From Spirochaetia bacterium (GTDB lineage Bacteria > Spirochaetota > Spirochaetia > SZUA-6 > Bin103): 64,000 nt of DNA. The stretch spans positions 256,001 to 320,000 of the forward strand of contig CBDBOV010000002.1 in assembly GCA_965208575.1 (NCBI GenBank), given 5' to 3'. Below are positions 39,095 to 50,544 of this stretch, piece by piece. The stretch's first letter is position 1, and each line of letters opens with the position of its first letter. A program made the position numbers and the translations under genes. Below the pieces are notes generated by a model. The model was not told where the DNA came from and searched no databases. It was given only the letters and a program-made list of their open reading frames with translations.

Positions 39095-39293
39095 GCTGCA
39101 CGGCATTCCGCAGGATGAGCAGCCGCGGCGTGAGGCGGTTGTCGGCGTAGAAGCTGTCCACCTCGTTCTTCAACTCGCGCAGCAGGTTGGTGGCGCGGTC
39201 CGGCCGCTTGCCGGTACGCACGCGCCACGCCGCCGTAGTTCCACATAGCGTTGCGGATCAGGCTGAGGCCCTGGGTGATCAGCTCGTTTGTCG
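39095..39293 (-). pseudogene. nadB: nadB 3' remnant, interrupted by the group II intron (continues at about 41293-41395)
   Basis: RTGKRPDRATNLLRELKNEVDSFYADNRLTPRLL aligns with 49035-49230. Sequence after the intron (catctcccagg...ggcaggtggaagtcgg) aligns with about 49245-49360. Confidence 0.8.
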
Positions 39294-41292
39294 TCGCGCC
39301 AGGCCAAGCCTGGGGAAGGAGGAAGATGAAATAGACATCAGAAACCTTTCTTAGCCACCCCGTGGGTAGCCAATCCCATCCGGTAAAGCATAGCAAGCAG
39401 CCGGAAGCGAGTCTTGCGTCGGCAGGGGCGACCCTGAGGGCGAAGCGTAGACAGCGACCGCAGAAGCCGTGTGATTGAGCCTCGAAAGGAGAATGCTCGC
39501 TGGGGCCTTCGTAGTCGACAAATGCGGGGGCAGCACCGTACGTGCCGAAATGGCGAGGCACGGCGGCCCGGTCGGGGTCGGAGAGCAGGGCAGATGCGGA
39601 GCGGGTGGCCCAGGAACCTGGGAGAGCTCGATGTCTCCATGACGGGAGAGCCGGAGGGACGCCGGCACACCAACGTCCGGGCCTGCACGGGAGAGCGCCC
39701 GTGAACGTGCAGGAGCGAAGCAGCGGGTGCGGTCGTGGTACCGCCAAGCGAAGGCAACGAAGCGCGGCGGGAAGGGCAACGAGCAGTCTTAGCGCCCCCA
39801 TAGTACCGAGGAAGCGGGGGAACGGTCGCCGCACCGGACCCGGCGGAGGGAAGGAGGGCGTCAAGTCGTAGAACTGGTGCGGGGAAACATGGAGGATGCG
39901 ATGGAATCCGGGAACGTGTTAACGAAACAGCAGCAGATAGCAGAGAACGCGAGAATCCACGCCGGCGTGGCATTCACGTCGCTGGCGTATCACATGGATC
40001 TGGAGTGGCTGTACGAAGCCTACCGGCGTACCCGGAAGGATGGTGCAGTTGGAGTTGACGAACAGACTGCCGAGCAGTACGGGGAGAACCTGGAGCAGAA
40101 TTTGAAATCACTGCTGGAGCGGGCGAAGGCGGGAACGTACCGCGCGCCGCCGGTAAGGCGGGCGCACATTCCGAAAGGGAAGGGCGGAGAAACCCGCCCG
40201 ATCGGGATACCGACCTTCGAGGACAAGGTACTTCAGCGGGCGGTACAGATGCTGCTTGAGCCCCTGTACGAGCGAGACTTTCTAAGCTGTGCACACGGCT
40301 TTCGCCCGAAGCGATCGCCGCACACGGCGCTGCAAGCACTCTGGGACCAGATGATGGGTCAAGGGGGCGGTTGGGTGATAGACCTGGACATACGAAAGTA
40401 TTTCGACACGCTGTCACACGCTACCATGCGCACGATTCTGGCACAGCGGATGCGAGATGGAGTGATCACACGATTGATCGGAAAATGGCTAAAGGCAGGG
40501 GTCATGGAAGATGGCTCAGTGACCTACCCGGAGCAGGGGACACCGCAAGGTGGCGTACTATCGCCGTTGCTCAGCAATGTTTATCTGCACGAGGTACTCG
40601 ACCGATGGTTCTATGAGGTGGTCCGACCGCGCCTGCGGGGGCGGGCGTTCCTGGTGCGTTTTGCGGACGATGCGGTACTGACGTTCAGCGACCGGCGCGA
40701 TGCCGAGAACGTGCTGCGCGTGTTACCAAAGCGCTTCGCGAAGTACGGGTTGACCGTGCACGAGGAAAAGACACGGATGCTTCAGTTTCGACCGCCGGGA
40801 GGGAACGCGACAGCCCACCACGGGGCGAGTTTTCCATTCTTGGGATTCACGCACTATTGGGGGCGCTCGCGCAACGGGAAGTGGATCGTGAAGCGGAAAA
40901 CCGCCTCCGACCGGCTGACCCGTGCGTTACGAGCACTCGCCGTGTGGTGTAAGCGCCATCGGCACGAGCCTCTGCGGGCGCAGCAAGCGGCCCTCCGGCG
41001 CAAGCTGCTGGGCCACTATGGGTATTACGGCATTACCGGCAATGGGCGCTCGTTGGGGTACTTCCACGACGCCGCCAAGCGCCTCTGGTTGAAGTGGCTG
41101 AACCGGCGCGGTGGACGACGCCTCACGTGGGCCTGCTTTGCGCGGTTGCTGGCCCGATATCCGCTGCCGGCCGTTCGTGTCGTCCAGTCCATCTATGCAG
41201 CGAACTCTACGACCTGAGGAACCGTGTGCGTCAATCGCGCTCGCACGGGACTGTGGGGGCCTGGGGCGGGCAACCGCCCTGGGCTACCCGGA
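39294..41292 (+). mobile_element. Group II intron (boundaries +/- a few nt)
   Basis: About 600-nt structured 5' region, RT ORF, domain V GAGGAACCGTGTGCGTCAATCGCGCTCGCACGGGACTGTGGGG (41216-41258), domain VI hairpin ending CTACCCGGA. It splits a nadB remnant cleanly. Confidence 0.9.
39877..41217 (+). CDS. ltrA: Group II intron reverse transcriptase/maturase without En domain (start 39877-39901)
   Basis: GAVGVD, IPKGKG.TRPIGIP, GFRP, DIRKYFD, GTPQGGVLSPLLSN, RFADD, FLGF and X-domain GHYGYYG. Confidence 0.92.
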   Translation: MRGNMEDAMESGNVLTKQQQIAENARIHAGVAFTSLAYHMDLEWLYEAYRRTRKDGAVGVDEQTAEQYGENLEQNLKSLLERAKAGTYRAPPVRRAHIPKGKGGETRPIGIPTFEDKVLQRAVQMLLEPLYERDFLSCAHGFRPKRSPHTALQALWDQMMGQGGGWVIDLDIRKYFDTLSHATMRTILAQRMRDGVITRLIGKWLKAGVMEDGSVTYPEQGTPQGGVLSPLLSNVYLHEVLDRWFYEVVRPRLRGRAFLVRFADDAVLTFSDRRDAENVLRVLPKRFAKYGLTVHEEKTRMLQFRPPGGNATAHHGASFPFLGFTHYWGRSRNGKWIVKRKTASDRLTRALRALAVWCKRHRHEPLRAQQAALRRKLLGHYGYYGITGNGRSLGYFHDAAKRLWLKWLNRRGGRRLTWACFARLLARYPLPAVRVVQSIYAANSTT

Positions 41293-41737
41293 GCCATCTC
41301 CCAGGTGCGTACCTACGGCAGGTGGAAGTCGGCGCGCCACCGTCGATCTCCGCAATGTGCTGCCGGGCGGCCTGGACGCCTATCACCACGCACTCCGGCA
41401 GCCAGGTGCTGGCCACGCGCGGCCCGTCCGCATCGGCTGCGTGGAACAGGGGAACATGGGGAAGTGATACCTTGGAGCTGCCTCGCACTTCGCTGTGTCG
41501 GCCGCAAGTGACGGGCATGTCCACGCGATCGACGCTACTCGGTCAGCGCCGGTCCCGCCGACTTTGTCTTCTCTCCACTGGACCTCGCGGATTGTGATCG
41601 AACGCCCGGCGGGATTCGCTCGCCCGACACCCGCGTATCTTAGCGCGGATCAAACTTGACCCTGCGCACCGTCTCTACTGATCATGGTGCCATGGCCATC
41701 CGTTGCAGCGGCGCCTCCGGCAAGAGGACAACTACCC

Positions 41738-44700
41738 GTGCCAGATCTGGTTAGACCGAGTCGCGACGGGGACCAGTTTCACTATCTCTGGGCCGCCCGA
41801 CGTTGCTTGCGTCTGCTTTCCTCGCAGGAAGACCTCGTTGGAATCGCTATAGAGGGGTCTTCTCCGCATGAGCTACCACCCGAATCAGCGAAACTAGCCG
41901 GAGAAGAAGCAATTGATGTCGTCGAGTACTATGGCGCGGAAGACCTGCGTAGAGCGCGTCTCGTACGATACATTCAACTTAAGCACTCTACGCGTCACTC
42001 CGCCAAGCCCTGGACGGCAAGCGGTCTGAAGAAGACCTTGAATCGCTTCTCAGTGCGGTACCAAGAGCTCCTACAGGCCCTTGACGTCGATGATGTGGAA
42101 AGCAGGTTCGAGTTCTGGTTCGTCACCAACCGTCCTATCAGTACTACATTCTTGGAAGCGGTACGCGACGTGGCTCAGGAGTTGGTACCTTGTAGTGCCG
42201 CCGAACTACAGAAGCTGGAACGTACTACGGGCCTTGAAGGAACGCAACTCACGCAGTTTTGTCGCCTTCTACGTTTCGAGGATCGGCAAGACGACTATTG
42301 GGATCAGCGGAATATCCTATTTCAGGACGTTGCCGGTTACCTGCCAGACCTCGATGCGGATGCGCCAGTTCAACTAAAAGAGCTCGTGACACGCAGGGCA
42401 CTCTCGGAGTCCGAACACAATCCGGTCATCACTAAGTTGGATGTTTTGCGGGCGCTGAACACCGACGAGGGTCGTCTCTATCCAGCGCCATGCTTGATCA
42501 AGGCTATCGACAACACCGTCTATCGCGGACAGGAAGCCGGCCTTGTACGGTCGATAGTCGAGGCGGGCGGACGACCGGTTATAATACACGCGGTCAGCGG
42601 CGTCGGTAAATCGGTGCTTTCCGCGCGTATCGGGCAGAGGTTGCCACCAGGATCAGAGTCGATACTCTACGACTGCTTTGGCAACGGTCAGTACCGTAGT
42701 GCCACCGGATTGCGTCACCGTCATCGAGAGGCACTTGTTCAGATTGCCAACGAACTCGCGGCACGCGGGTACTGCCACCCGCTGCTCCCTTCGCTCCACG
42801 CCGACCCATCCGCATACCTTCGGGCGTTCGCTCACCGGATTCAACAAGCTGCGGCGGTCATTCGGACCGCCGGTCCACAGGCACTCCTCTGCATTGTGAT
42901 CGATGCTGCTGACAACGCACAGATGGCTGCCGAAGCGATTGGGGAGTCATCTTCGTTCGTACGTGATCTGCTTCGGGAGCCACTGCCAGACAGGGTTCGC
43001 CTCGTAGTTCTGTGCCGCAGCCATAGGAAGAGTATCCTTGATCCACCTCGGGACGCTCTACGACTCAGGTTAGAGCCGTTCACTGAATCCGAGACTGCGG
43101 AACATCTCCGTCAGGTCTACCCTGCTGCCTTCGACCGTGACGTAGCGGAATTTCACCGTCTCAGTTCGCAGAACCCGCGTGTTCAGGCCCTTGCGCTTTC
43201 CGCCAGAGTGTCGTTGGCACAGACCCTTCGGCGCCTTGGTCCTAATCCGACAACGGTAGAAGACTCAATCGAGAGTATGCTAAGCGACGCCATCGCGACA
43301 CTTCGGGATGGCATAAGCCAGATTGACCGAGAGGACATCGATAAGGTGTGTGCGGCTCTGGCAGCGTTACGTCCCCTCGTTCCGATCTCGATTCTGTCGA
43401 GTATATCAGGGATTTCAGAGGACTCGATCCGGAGTTTAGTTCTGGATATTGGCCGGCCACTGCTTCTCTTGAACGATAGTGTGCAGTTTCTCGACGAGCC
43501 GGTCGAAACGTGGTTCCGGGAGATCTTCAAGCCGAAGAAAGACGAGCTGGACCAGTTTATACGCGATCTGACGCCACTCGCGGGAGCGAGTGCGTATGTC
43601 GCATCGACGCTGCCTCAACTCATGCTGGAGGCTGGTCAGCTCTCTCAATTGGTGGACTGGGCACTACATTCGACTGCACTTCCGGAAACGACCGAACTCG
43701 AGAAGTACGACGTCGAGGTACAGCGTCTTCAGTTCGCATTGAAGGCGAGTCTACGTGAGGCCCGATACCTTGATGCCACGAAACTGGCGCTAAAGGCGGG
43801 AAGCGTAGCCGCTGGAGATGACCGGCAGCGAGCACTGATTCAGGCGCATACAGACCTTGCTGCCCGGTTTCTCGGTCCCAAGAGGATTCAGGAGCTCGTG
43901 TCCCGGCGCACCTTTGGATCAGACTGGAGAGGCTCACACCATGCCTATGAAGCCGGCCTGTTGTCCGGTTGTGACGTACTGATCAGTGATGCGCGCAGTC
44001 GCCTTAGGATGGCGTACGAGTGGCTCGGGAATTGGACCCGATTGACGCCCAAAGAGCGAGAGGAAGAGAGGGTTGAACTCGCGGACGTTGCTGAGCTGAC
44101 GATGGCGGAGCTTAACATTCATGGGCCGAGGGCCGCTATAGACAGCCTGAGGAGTTGGAGACCGCGAGAGATGACGTTCCGTGCCGCCCAGATGGTCGCA
44201 GAGCGACTCATAGACCACGGACGCATCGCCGACCTGAACGATCTTGCCGAGGAAACAGGAGATGATCTCTGCCTTACGATAGCGATCATCGCTGAGCTTC
44301 GCAGGATTCAGTACACACCACCGGAGCCGATTGTTAACCGCGCCTTCAAGTGGGTCTCAAGTCTGTCTGGAGAGTCGAGGTTGGAAGCCATCCAGTTGGG
44401 AGAAGTGTTGGACGTGGTGGAGGCGGCACTACGCCTCGGCGTATGCTCGCACAAAGAAGCCGCAGCATTGCTTGTGCAGCATCTACCGATGGCGCCGCCG
44501 AGAGGCTTAGCGTCTCGACCTTCGCGTGACTATACTCTGTTGCGCGTGTACTGTCTGCAAGCTGCAGCAGAGAGTCGGACACTACGCATGAGTGATCTAG
44601 CTCATCCGAAGCTGAGACCTGAGCTTGAAAAGAAGTCAGAGTACCATCTGTCGCAAGAGGCACGAGAGTTCAAGGAGGACGTCGGCGGACTGTTGCCTTG

Positions 44701-47700
44701 GTATAGAGTCTGGAACGACGCGCTGCTCGGCAAGGTGACCAAGGACACGTTGTCGGATCGATTGAGTCAGGCTCGACGTGCTTCAGTAGCAGCCAGAACG
44801 CCATTCCATGACAGACTTCCAATAGCGGATGAGATCGCAATTGTCTGGTTTGAGATCTTGCACCATTTAGATGCTACAGAACCACGATTTGTCGATGATT
44901 TGGCTTCTTGGATCGGGAACTTGACGATGCCTCTGTACACCCGGACTCTCACGAGGCTCGCACGGCAAGCGTCCTGGAAGGAAGAAACGAGATCATTCTC
45001 GCTTGATTTGGCGGAACAGGCGTTCACGCTGACGCGAGACGAGCGGATTGATGCGGAGACGAAGTCGAGCACGTACATCGATATCGCACGTTCGGTGCTT
45101 TATTTTAGTGAGCACGAGGCGAAGGGGTATTTTGATGAGGCAGTGGCGGTTGCCGGCAAGCTGGGCGAGGAGTTTCTGTGGCGCTGGGGAGCGATGCTAG
45201 ATCTCGCGGATCGGGCGGGTGAACGGGACCGGTCGGCTCCTGAGGTTGCGTATCAGTTTGCTCGATGCGGAGAGCTTACCTGGGACTACGTCGTACGAGA
45301 CAAACACTTCGACTGGCGTTCCACCGTGGTGGCGTTGTCCTCACTTTGCCCGCGTTCATGCTTAGCTATTCTCAGTCGCTGGCGAGATCGTGGCTTTGGG
45401 TCGACGATGAGAACTCTTCCGGTCGCCGTGCAATCGATGGTCGAGCGTAGCTACATTGATCCGCGGGACGCACTTGGGCTGATTGGAGTCAAGGCTGAGT
45501 GGGATCATCCATGGCTGTTGAGCAGTGCCCTCGAGAAGTGTACGAGTCGGAGAGAGAAGCAAGCCGCGGTCTCCTTTCTTCTTCGACATCTGGAGGAAGT
45601 GGAGCGGGATTCTTCGGTTTGGGACGCCTTGAAGAGAGTCACGGCTAAGCATGGCCTTTCTGTTCCGACGATAGACAACTCTCGCGCTCTTTCCGCGCGA
45701 CACGACAGTGCGACCAGGGTACGTTCGACAGGGAACGCGAAGGAATCGAGAAAAGACGGCCCGGCAAAGCGTCAATGGGACGACTTCTTCTCAGAGATTG
45801 ATCTCACAACGGTGGATGGGATTTCTCGGTCACATACAGCGTTCAGTGACTCGTGCGGAGCATCGGGTCGAGAAGAGTTCTTCTCCGAAGCAATTCGTCG
45901 CGTTCCAGCTGGTGGCGAAGCGAAGTTTATTTTGAGTATTGGGAGTACCACGGCGTTGGGATTCTACGACATACGCACTTTCTTGGAGAGAATTCCCGAC
46001 CGGTGGAAGAGACGACCAGCCATCAGGCACGCACTGTCGGTAACTCTCAAGAACTATTGTCGCCGGTACTGCATGGATATCGACAGGAACCGATACTACG
46101 AGGTTCTCCCATTTGACTTGGCCTGCGAACTCACCGGACTCAGTGAAGGCGACATTGTGGAGATAGTGCTCGACGCCATAAGCGAGTCACCGGCCCTTGT
46201 GGACTCACAGCGTCTTTTCTCCACGGTCGGGTTACTCAAGTCGGCGATCGATTCTGGTGAGGCACTTGAAGCGCTGACATTCGGTCTAAGTCTCTACGAT
46301 GAGGCGCTGGAGGACAGGGACGGCGATGGCCCATGGTCACAGAATCTGTCGCCTCCGGCCTCAATAGGCGAGTCGATCGCTGGCTATGTCTATTCTGCGC
46401 TGGGCGCACCGACTGCTGTGGTTCGTTGGCAGGCGGCGCATGTCGTTCTTGGGCTTTGCGCACTTGGAAGGAGGGTAGTCCTCCGACACCTCGTGAACCT
46501 TGAGGAACGTGACTCTGCAGGACCCTTCGCCGACGCCCGGCTACCCTTCTATCGACTTCACGCTCGGCAATGGCTCCTTATCGCTTTCGCGAGGGCGGCG
46601 GCTGAGTTTCCCGACTCCATTGCACCGTTCGCCCATCGTCTCGTTGAAATAGCACTCGACAGTCAACCGCATGTCGTCATCAGAATGTTCGCGGCACGGG
46701 CTACCCTGGCGCTCATCGAGAACGGAGTGTTGCCCGATAGCGACTTGATAGAACGCCTGTCGCGCGTGAATAACAGCACACTTCCCGCTGTGAAGTCCAC
46801 GTCTTACGAGCGCGCTCAGCACCAATCCAAGGACCCTGTTGCAGTGAGAGACGAAGATAGGTTCTACTTCGGTCTTGACATCGGTCGCTATTGGTACGAG
46901 CCCTTGGGCAGTGTGTTCGCGCTGTCGCAGAGCGACATTGAGAGGGAGGCGCTTCGAGTCATCCGAGGTGAGCTGAACTATAGTGCCACTAGTCCACAGA
47001 AGGAGGATCCACGGGCACGCCGTCGGATCTATGATCATCGAGATACCTACGCATCGCACGGTTCCTATCCGGACACGGACGACCTCCAGTTCTATCTCTC
47101 CTATCACGCAATGATGATTGTGGCAGGAAGGCTCCTTGCTCGCACACCGACCCACCGCGAGGCGGATGACCACGACGAGTTTGCCGACTGGCTGTCATGG
47201 CATGATTTGACACGGAAAGATGGCCGTTGGCTTGCTGACCGCCGCGATCCTGTACCTTTGGGACCACCTGCATGGTGCGAGCGCGAGAAGACCGACCCAA
47301 AGTATGGAGTCATAACGTCGACAGACTTCGAGCAAGCGCTGGTAGAAGGGGATCACATCACGGTTTGGGGGTACTGGTCTGCGGTAGACTCGACGCGCGT
47401 ACAAAGGGCTCACGTCTGGAGTGCCCTGGTGTCTGCTGACAAGTCGATGGCTTTACTGAGGGCGCTGAGTACGGCCAAAGATAACCGTGCCTACGTGATT
47501 CCAAGTGCCGGCGGTACACATCAAATTGACCGTCACGGTTTTCTCTTGAAAGGATGGATTGAAGATCGCGATCCTCAGAGCGGACTCGATGAGAAGGACA
47601 TATGGTCTGGCGGCGTAAGTTTTCCACCTCGCACCCCAGCGAAGGAGATAGCCGACCTGATGTCCCTCGAGACCGACTCCGACAAGCGAATCTGGTATGA

Positions 47701-47977
47701 TGAAGTGAGTCGTCCGGTGATGCTCTCTCAGCTTTGGGGCCAGCTACAAGTAGGCAACGAGAACTACGACTTCGATCATGGCCAGAGGCTCCAGGCATCA
47801 CGCGGCTTCATCGATACGATGCTGAGGAAGCTTGGTCAAGATCTGATCGTCGAAGTCCGAATAGAACGAAGGGGGCGTCGTTGGAGCTACGAATCCCGAG
47901 AGGACGATAATGAACGAATCTCAGAAACGACCAAACTCTATGTGTTTGAGAGCGGCGGAAGAGTCACCACGCTTTGA
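41738..47977 (+). CDS. avs3a: AVAST type 3 STAND ATPase with N-terminal nuclease
   Basis: About 2080 aa. N-terminus LVRPSRDGDQFHYLWAARR is characteristic of Avs3a; YIQLKHS nuclease motif, Walker A SGVGKS, Walker B IVIDAAD. GTG at 41738 follows an AGAGGA RBS. Confidence 0.9.
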   Translation: MPDLVRPSRDGDQFHYLWAARRCLRLLSSQEDLVGIAIEGSSPHELPPESAKLAGEEAIDVVEYYGAEDLRRARLVRYIQLKHSTRHSAKPWTASGLKKTLNRFSVRYQELLQALDVDDVESRFEFWFVTNRPISTTFLEAVRDVAQELVPCSAAELQKLERTTGLEGTQLTQFCRLLRFEDRQDDYWDQRNILFQDVAGYLPDLDADAPVQLKELVTRRALSESEHNPVITKLDVLRALNTDEGRLYPAPCLIKAIDNTVYRGQEAGLVRSIVEAGGRPVIIHAVSGVGKSVLSARIGQRLPPGSESILYDCFGNGQYRSATGLRHRHREALVQIANELAARGYCHPLLPSLHADPSAYLRAFAHRIQQAAAVIRTAGPQALLCIVIDAADNAQMAAEAIGESSSFVRDLLREPLPDRVRLVVLCRSHRKSILDPPRDALRLRLEPFTESETAEHLRQVYPAAFDRDVAEFHRLSSQNPRVQALALSARVSLAQTLRRLGPNPTTVEDSIESMLSDAIATLRDGISQIDREDIDKVCAALAALRPLVPISILSSISGISEDSIRSLVLDIGRPLLLLNDSVQFLDEPVETWFREIFKPKKDELDQFIRDLTPLAGASAYVASTLPQLMLEAGQLSQLVDWALHSTALPETTELEKYDVEVQRLQFALKASLREARYLDATKLALKAGSVAAGDDRQRALIQAHTDLAARFLGPKRIQELVSRRTFGSDWRGSHHAYEAGLLSGCDVLISDARSRLRMAYEWLGNWTRLTPKEREEERVELADVAELTMAELNIHGPRAAIDSLRSWRPREMTFRAAQMVAERLIDHGRIADLNDLAEETGDDLCLTIAIIAELRRIQYTPPEPIVNRAFKWVSSLSGESRLEAIQLGEVLDVVEAALRLGVCSHKEAAALLVQHLPMAPPRGLASRPSRDYTLLRVYCLQAAAESRTLRMSDLAHPKLRPELEKKSEYHLSQEAREFKEDVGGLLPWYRVWNDALLGKVTKDTLSDRLSQARRASVAARTPFHDRLPIADEIAIVWFEILHHLDATEPRFVDDLASWIGNLTMPLYTRTLTRLARQASWKEETRSFSLDLAEQAFTLTRDERIDAETKSSTYIDIARSVLYFSEHEAKGYFDEAVAVAGKLGEEFLWRWGAMLDLADRAGERDRSAPEVAYQFARCGELTWDYVVRDKHFDWRSTVVALSSLCPRSCLAILSRWRDRGFGSTMRTLPVAVQSMVERSYIDPRDALGLIGVKAEWDHPWLLSSALEKCTSRREKQAAVSFLLRHLEEVERDSSVWDALKRVTAKHGLSVPTIDNSRALSARHDSATRVRSTGNAKESRKDGPAKRQWDDFFSEIDLTTVDGISRSHTAFSDSCGASGREEFFSEAIRRVPAGGEAKFILSIGSTTALGFYDIRTFLERIPDRWKRRPAIRHALSVTLKNYCRRYCMDIDRNRYYEVLPFDLACELTGLSEGDIVEIVLDAISESPALVDSQRLFSTVGLLKSAIDSGEALEALTFGLSLYDEALEDRDGDGPWSQNLSPPASIGESIAGYVYSALGAPTAVVRWQAAHVVLGLCALGRRVVLRHLVNLEERDSAGPFADARLPFYRLHARQWLLIAFARAAAEFPDSIAPFAHRLVEIALDSQPHVVIRMFAARATLALIENGVLPDSDLIERLSRVNNSTLPAVKSTSYERAQHQSKDPVAVRDEDRFYFGLDIGRYWYEPLGSVFALSQSDIEREALRVIRGELNYSATSPQKEDPRARRRIYDHRDTYASHGSYPDTDDLQFYLSYHAMMIVAGRLLARTPTHREADDHDEFADWLSWHDLTRKDGRWLADRRDPVPLGPPAWCEREKTDPKYGVITSTDFEQALVEGDHITVWGYWSAVDSTRVQRAHVWSALVSADKSMALLRALSTAKDNRAYVIPSAGGTHQIDRHGFLLKGWIEDRDPQSGLDEKDIWSGGVSFPPRTPAKEIADLMSLETDSDKRIWYDEVSRPVMLSQLWGQLQVGNENYDFDHGQRLQASRGFIDTMLRKLGQDLIVEVRIERRGRRWSYESREDDNERISETTKLYVFESGGRVTTL

Positions 47978-48626
47978 CCAAGTACTGGCGTTAGGCCGCA
48001 AACTGGTCGATGAACTTGACTTGGAGTCGTCAACGGACACACTTGGCCGCTGGATGGCACATTATATCGCCGACCTCATGGATCACGTTGACAGTGCGCC
48101 AATCGAAGAACGTGCCGCATCAAAGAAGAGATGTTTCGAAGCGATTCTGGAACTATGGAGTCATCGAGCTGAGTTGCCGAATGGCAAACGTCCGTTCGAG
48201 GATCTGGAGCCGATCATGAGAGCGATCGAGAGCCTGGATCCGGAGAACGACGCGTTCCGGTACTTTCCTTTTGAAATAAGTGCGGCTGACGAAGCCGAAG
48301 AGGATTCACGAACACAGACACTGATACAGGTCGCTCGCAATATCGATTACACTGCGAGAATCCTGATTGTACAAACATTAGTAGATGCCGCTATTTCTGC
48401 TGAAAATCAGTCGAAAAAGTGGATCACACTGGCTCAGAAAGCTGGGTTCGAAATAGGGGCAGAGGACATTGTTATCCGTCTTACATCTACTGAAACGGAT
48501 GTCGATACAAACTCCGATCCAAACGCACACGAGCGGGATCGTGTAAAGAAACGTATCGATCGTCTTGAGGCGTTCATAGAAATGGCGAAGCTGGTAGTCG
48601 AAGAGCTAGAAGAGAAACTGAAGTAG
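47910..48626 (+). CDS. avs3b: AVAST type 3 accessory protein
   Basis: LGRKLVDEL...DTLGRWMAHYIA...ILELWSHR.ELPNGKRPF; overlaps the 3' end of avs3a. Confidence 0.85.
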   Translation: MNESQKRPNSMCLRAAEESPRFDQVLALGRKLVDELDLESSTDTLGRWMAHYIADLMDHVDSAPIEERAASKKRCFEAILELWSHRAELPNGKRPFEDLEPIMRAIESLDPENDAFRYFPFEISAADEAEEDSRTQTLIQVARNIDYTARILIVQTLVDAAISAENQSKKWITLAQKAGFEIGAEDIVIRLTSTETDVDTNSDPNAHERDRVKKRIDRLEAFIEMAKLVVEELEEKLK

Positions 48627-48911
48627 GTTGGTCGAACTCGCCAAAGCCGCGATCCACATCAGATATCGAGTCGGCTCGATGCGACCGCTTAGGATGGGAT
48701 TGTTGATGCTTTGTAGGCATGCGGCCATGGTTGTCCCTCACGTTTGGATCTTGCAAAGCCAAGTGAAGTCGCGGTGTTGGCGAGTGCGCGAAACGCCGTC
48801 ACGGCCCGTGCATGTGGTGAGGAGGGCAAGGTCGTCTGATGTGGGTGTTGATCCGCGCCGCCCCAGTTGGTGCGTATGTGCGAACTCGGCGTGCGCATTC
48901 CGCCCTCGGTG

Positions 48912-50544
48912 TCAACACACTGCATCTGCTTTGGGCGTCGACGCCGTGCCGTAGGGGCGGTCGAGGGAGTCGTTGCGATAGTGGCTGCCGAGGCTGTGCG
49001 GGTTGCGCAGCGCGGCATAGGTCACCAGCAGCGCGGTCTGCACGGCGTTGCGCAGGGTGAGCAGGCGCGGGGTGAGGCGGTTATCGGCATAGAAGCTGTC
49101 GACCTCGTTCTTCAGCTCGCGCAGCAGGTTGGTGGCGCGGTCCAGCCGCTTGCCGGTGCGCACCAGCCCCACGTAGTTCCACATGGTGTTGCGGATCAGG
49201 CTGAGGTCCTGGGTGACCAGCTCGTCGTCGGGCTCGGCGCCGGGCATTTCCCAAGGCCGCACCTCGGGCAGGTGGAAGTCGGTCCCGTCGGCGATCTCGG
49301 CCGCGTGCTGCCGCGCGGCCCGGGCGCCCATCACCACGCATTCCAGCAGCGAGGTGCTGGCCAGCCGGTTGGCGCCGTGCAGCCCGGTGCAGGCGGTCTC
49401 GCCGATGGCCTGAGGTGGGCGATGTTGGTGTTGCCGGCCATGTCGGTGTGGATGCCGCCGCAGGCGTAGTGGGCCGCGGGCACCACCGGGATCGGCTCCC
49501 GCGTCATGTCCACCCCGGCGGCCAGCAGGCGCTCGTTGATGGTGGGAAAGCGACCGCGCGCGTACTCCGCATCCACCTTCGACAGGTCGATGTAGACCGA
49601 GTGGCTGGCGCGGCGCAGCAGCTCGGTGTGGATCGAGCGCGCGATCACGTCGCGCGGCGCCAGCGATCCCTGCGGGTGGTAGCGCTCCATGAACGCCGTG
49701 CCCTCGTGGTTGATCAGCACCCCGCCCTCGCCGCGCACCGCCTCCGACACCAGGAACGGGCGCTCTCCCGGGCGGTGGAACACGGTGGGATGGAACTGCA
49801 CGTACTCCAGGTCGATCACCCGCGCGCCCACGCGGTAGGCCATGGCGATGCCGTGGCCGAAGGCGCCGCCGTCGTTGGTGCTGTGCAGGTAGATCTGGCC
49901 GAGCCCGCCGGTGGCCAGCACCGTCTTCCCGGCTACGATGGCGCGTACCTGCCCCCGCGCCACGTCCAGCACGTAGGCGCCGATGCAACTCAAGGGCCGG
50001 TAGCGGTCGAGGAAGTCCACCGAGCTGTGCGAGAGGGTGAGCAGATCCACCGCGAAGGCCCCGGTGGCCAGCGTCAGACTGCCGCCGCCGGGCAGCGCGC
50101 CGGCGGCCGCCAGCTCGGTCAGGCGGGCGTGCAGGGCGCCGAGGATGGCGCGGCCGGTATGGTCCTTGGCGTAGATGATGCGGTGGCGCGAGTGGACCCC
50201 TCGCGGGTGAACCGGAGCTCACCGTCGCCATCGCGGTCGAAGGCGACCTGAAGGTCGTCGATCAGCAGCTCGCGCACCACGCGCGGGCCATCTTCGATCA
50301 CGGCGTCCACCGCCGCCGGATTGGCCGAGTGGGCGCTGGCGGCGTCGATGTCGGCGCGCAGCAGGTCGCCGTCCACCTCGTCGAAGATGATGCCCCCCTG
50401 CGCCCACACGCTGTTGCTGGCCTGCAACTCCTCGGCGCCGGTGATCAGGGTGACCTGGAGGCCCGCGCGCGCCGCCTGCAGCGCGTAGACCGCGCCCGCA
50501 AGGCCGGCACCGATCACCAGGCAGTCGGCGCGGGTGGTGGTCAC
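48912..50544 (-). pseudogene. nadB: L-aspartate oxidase, multiple frameshifts
   Basis: LVIGAGLAG, SVWAQGGI, LATGGLG, QFHPT, SEAVRGEG, LAPRD, AAHYACGGI and GETACTGLHGANRLASTSL split over frames (near 50200, 50070 and 49412). Confidence 0.9.

Noticed and set aside
39877-41217. RT as a retron, DGR or defence-associated RT
   Set aside because: It has a maturase X domain and is followed by domain V/VI RNA. I saw no TR/VR pair with adenine-specific differences among the duplicated genes.
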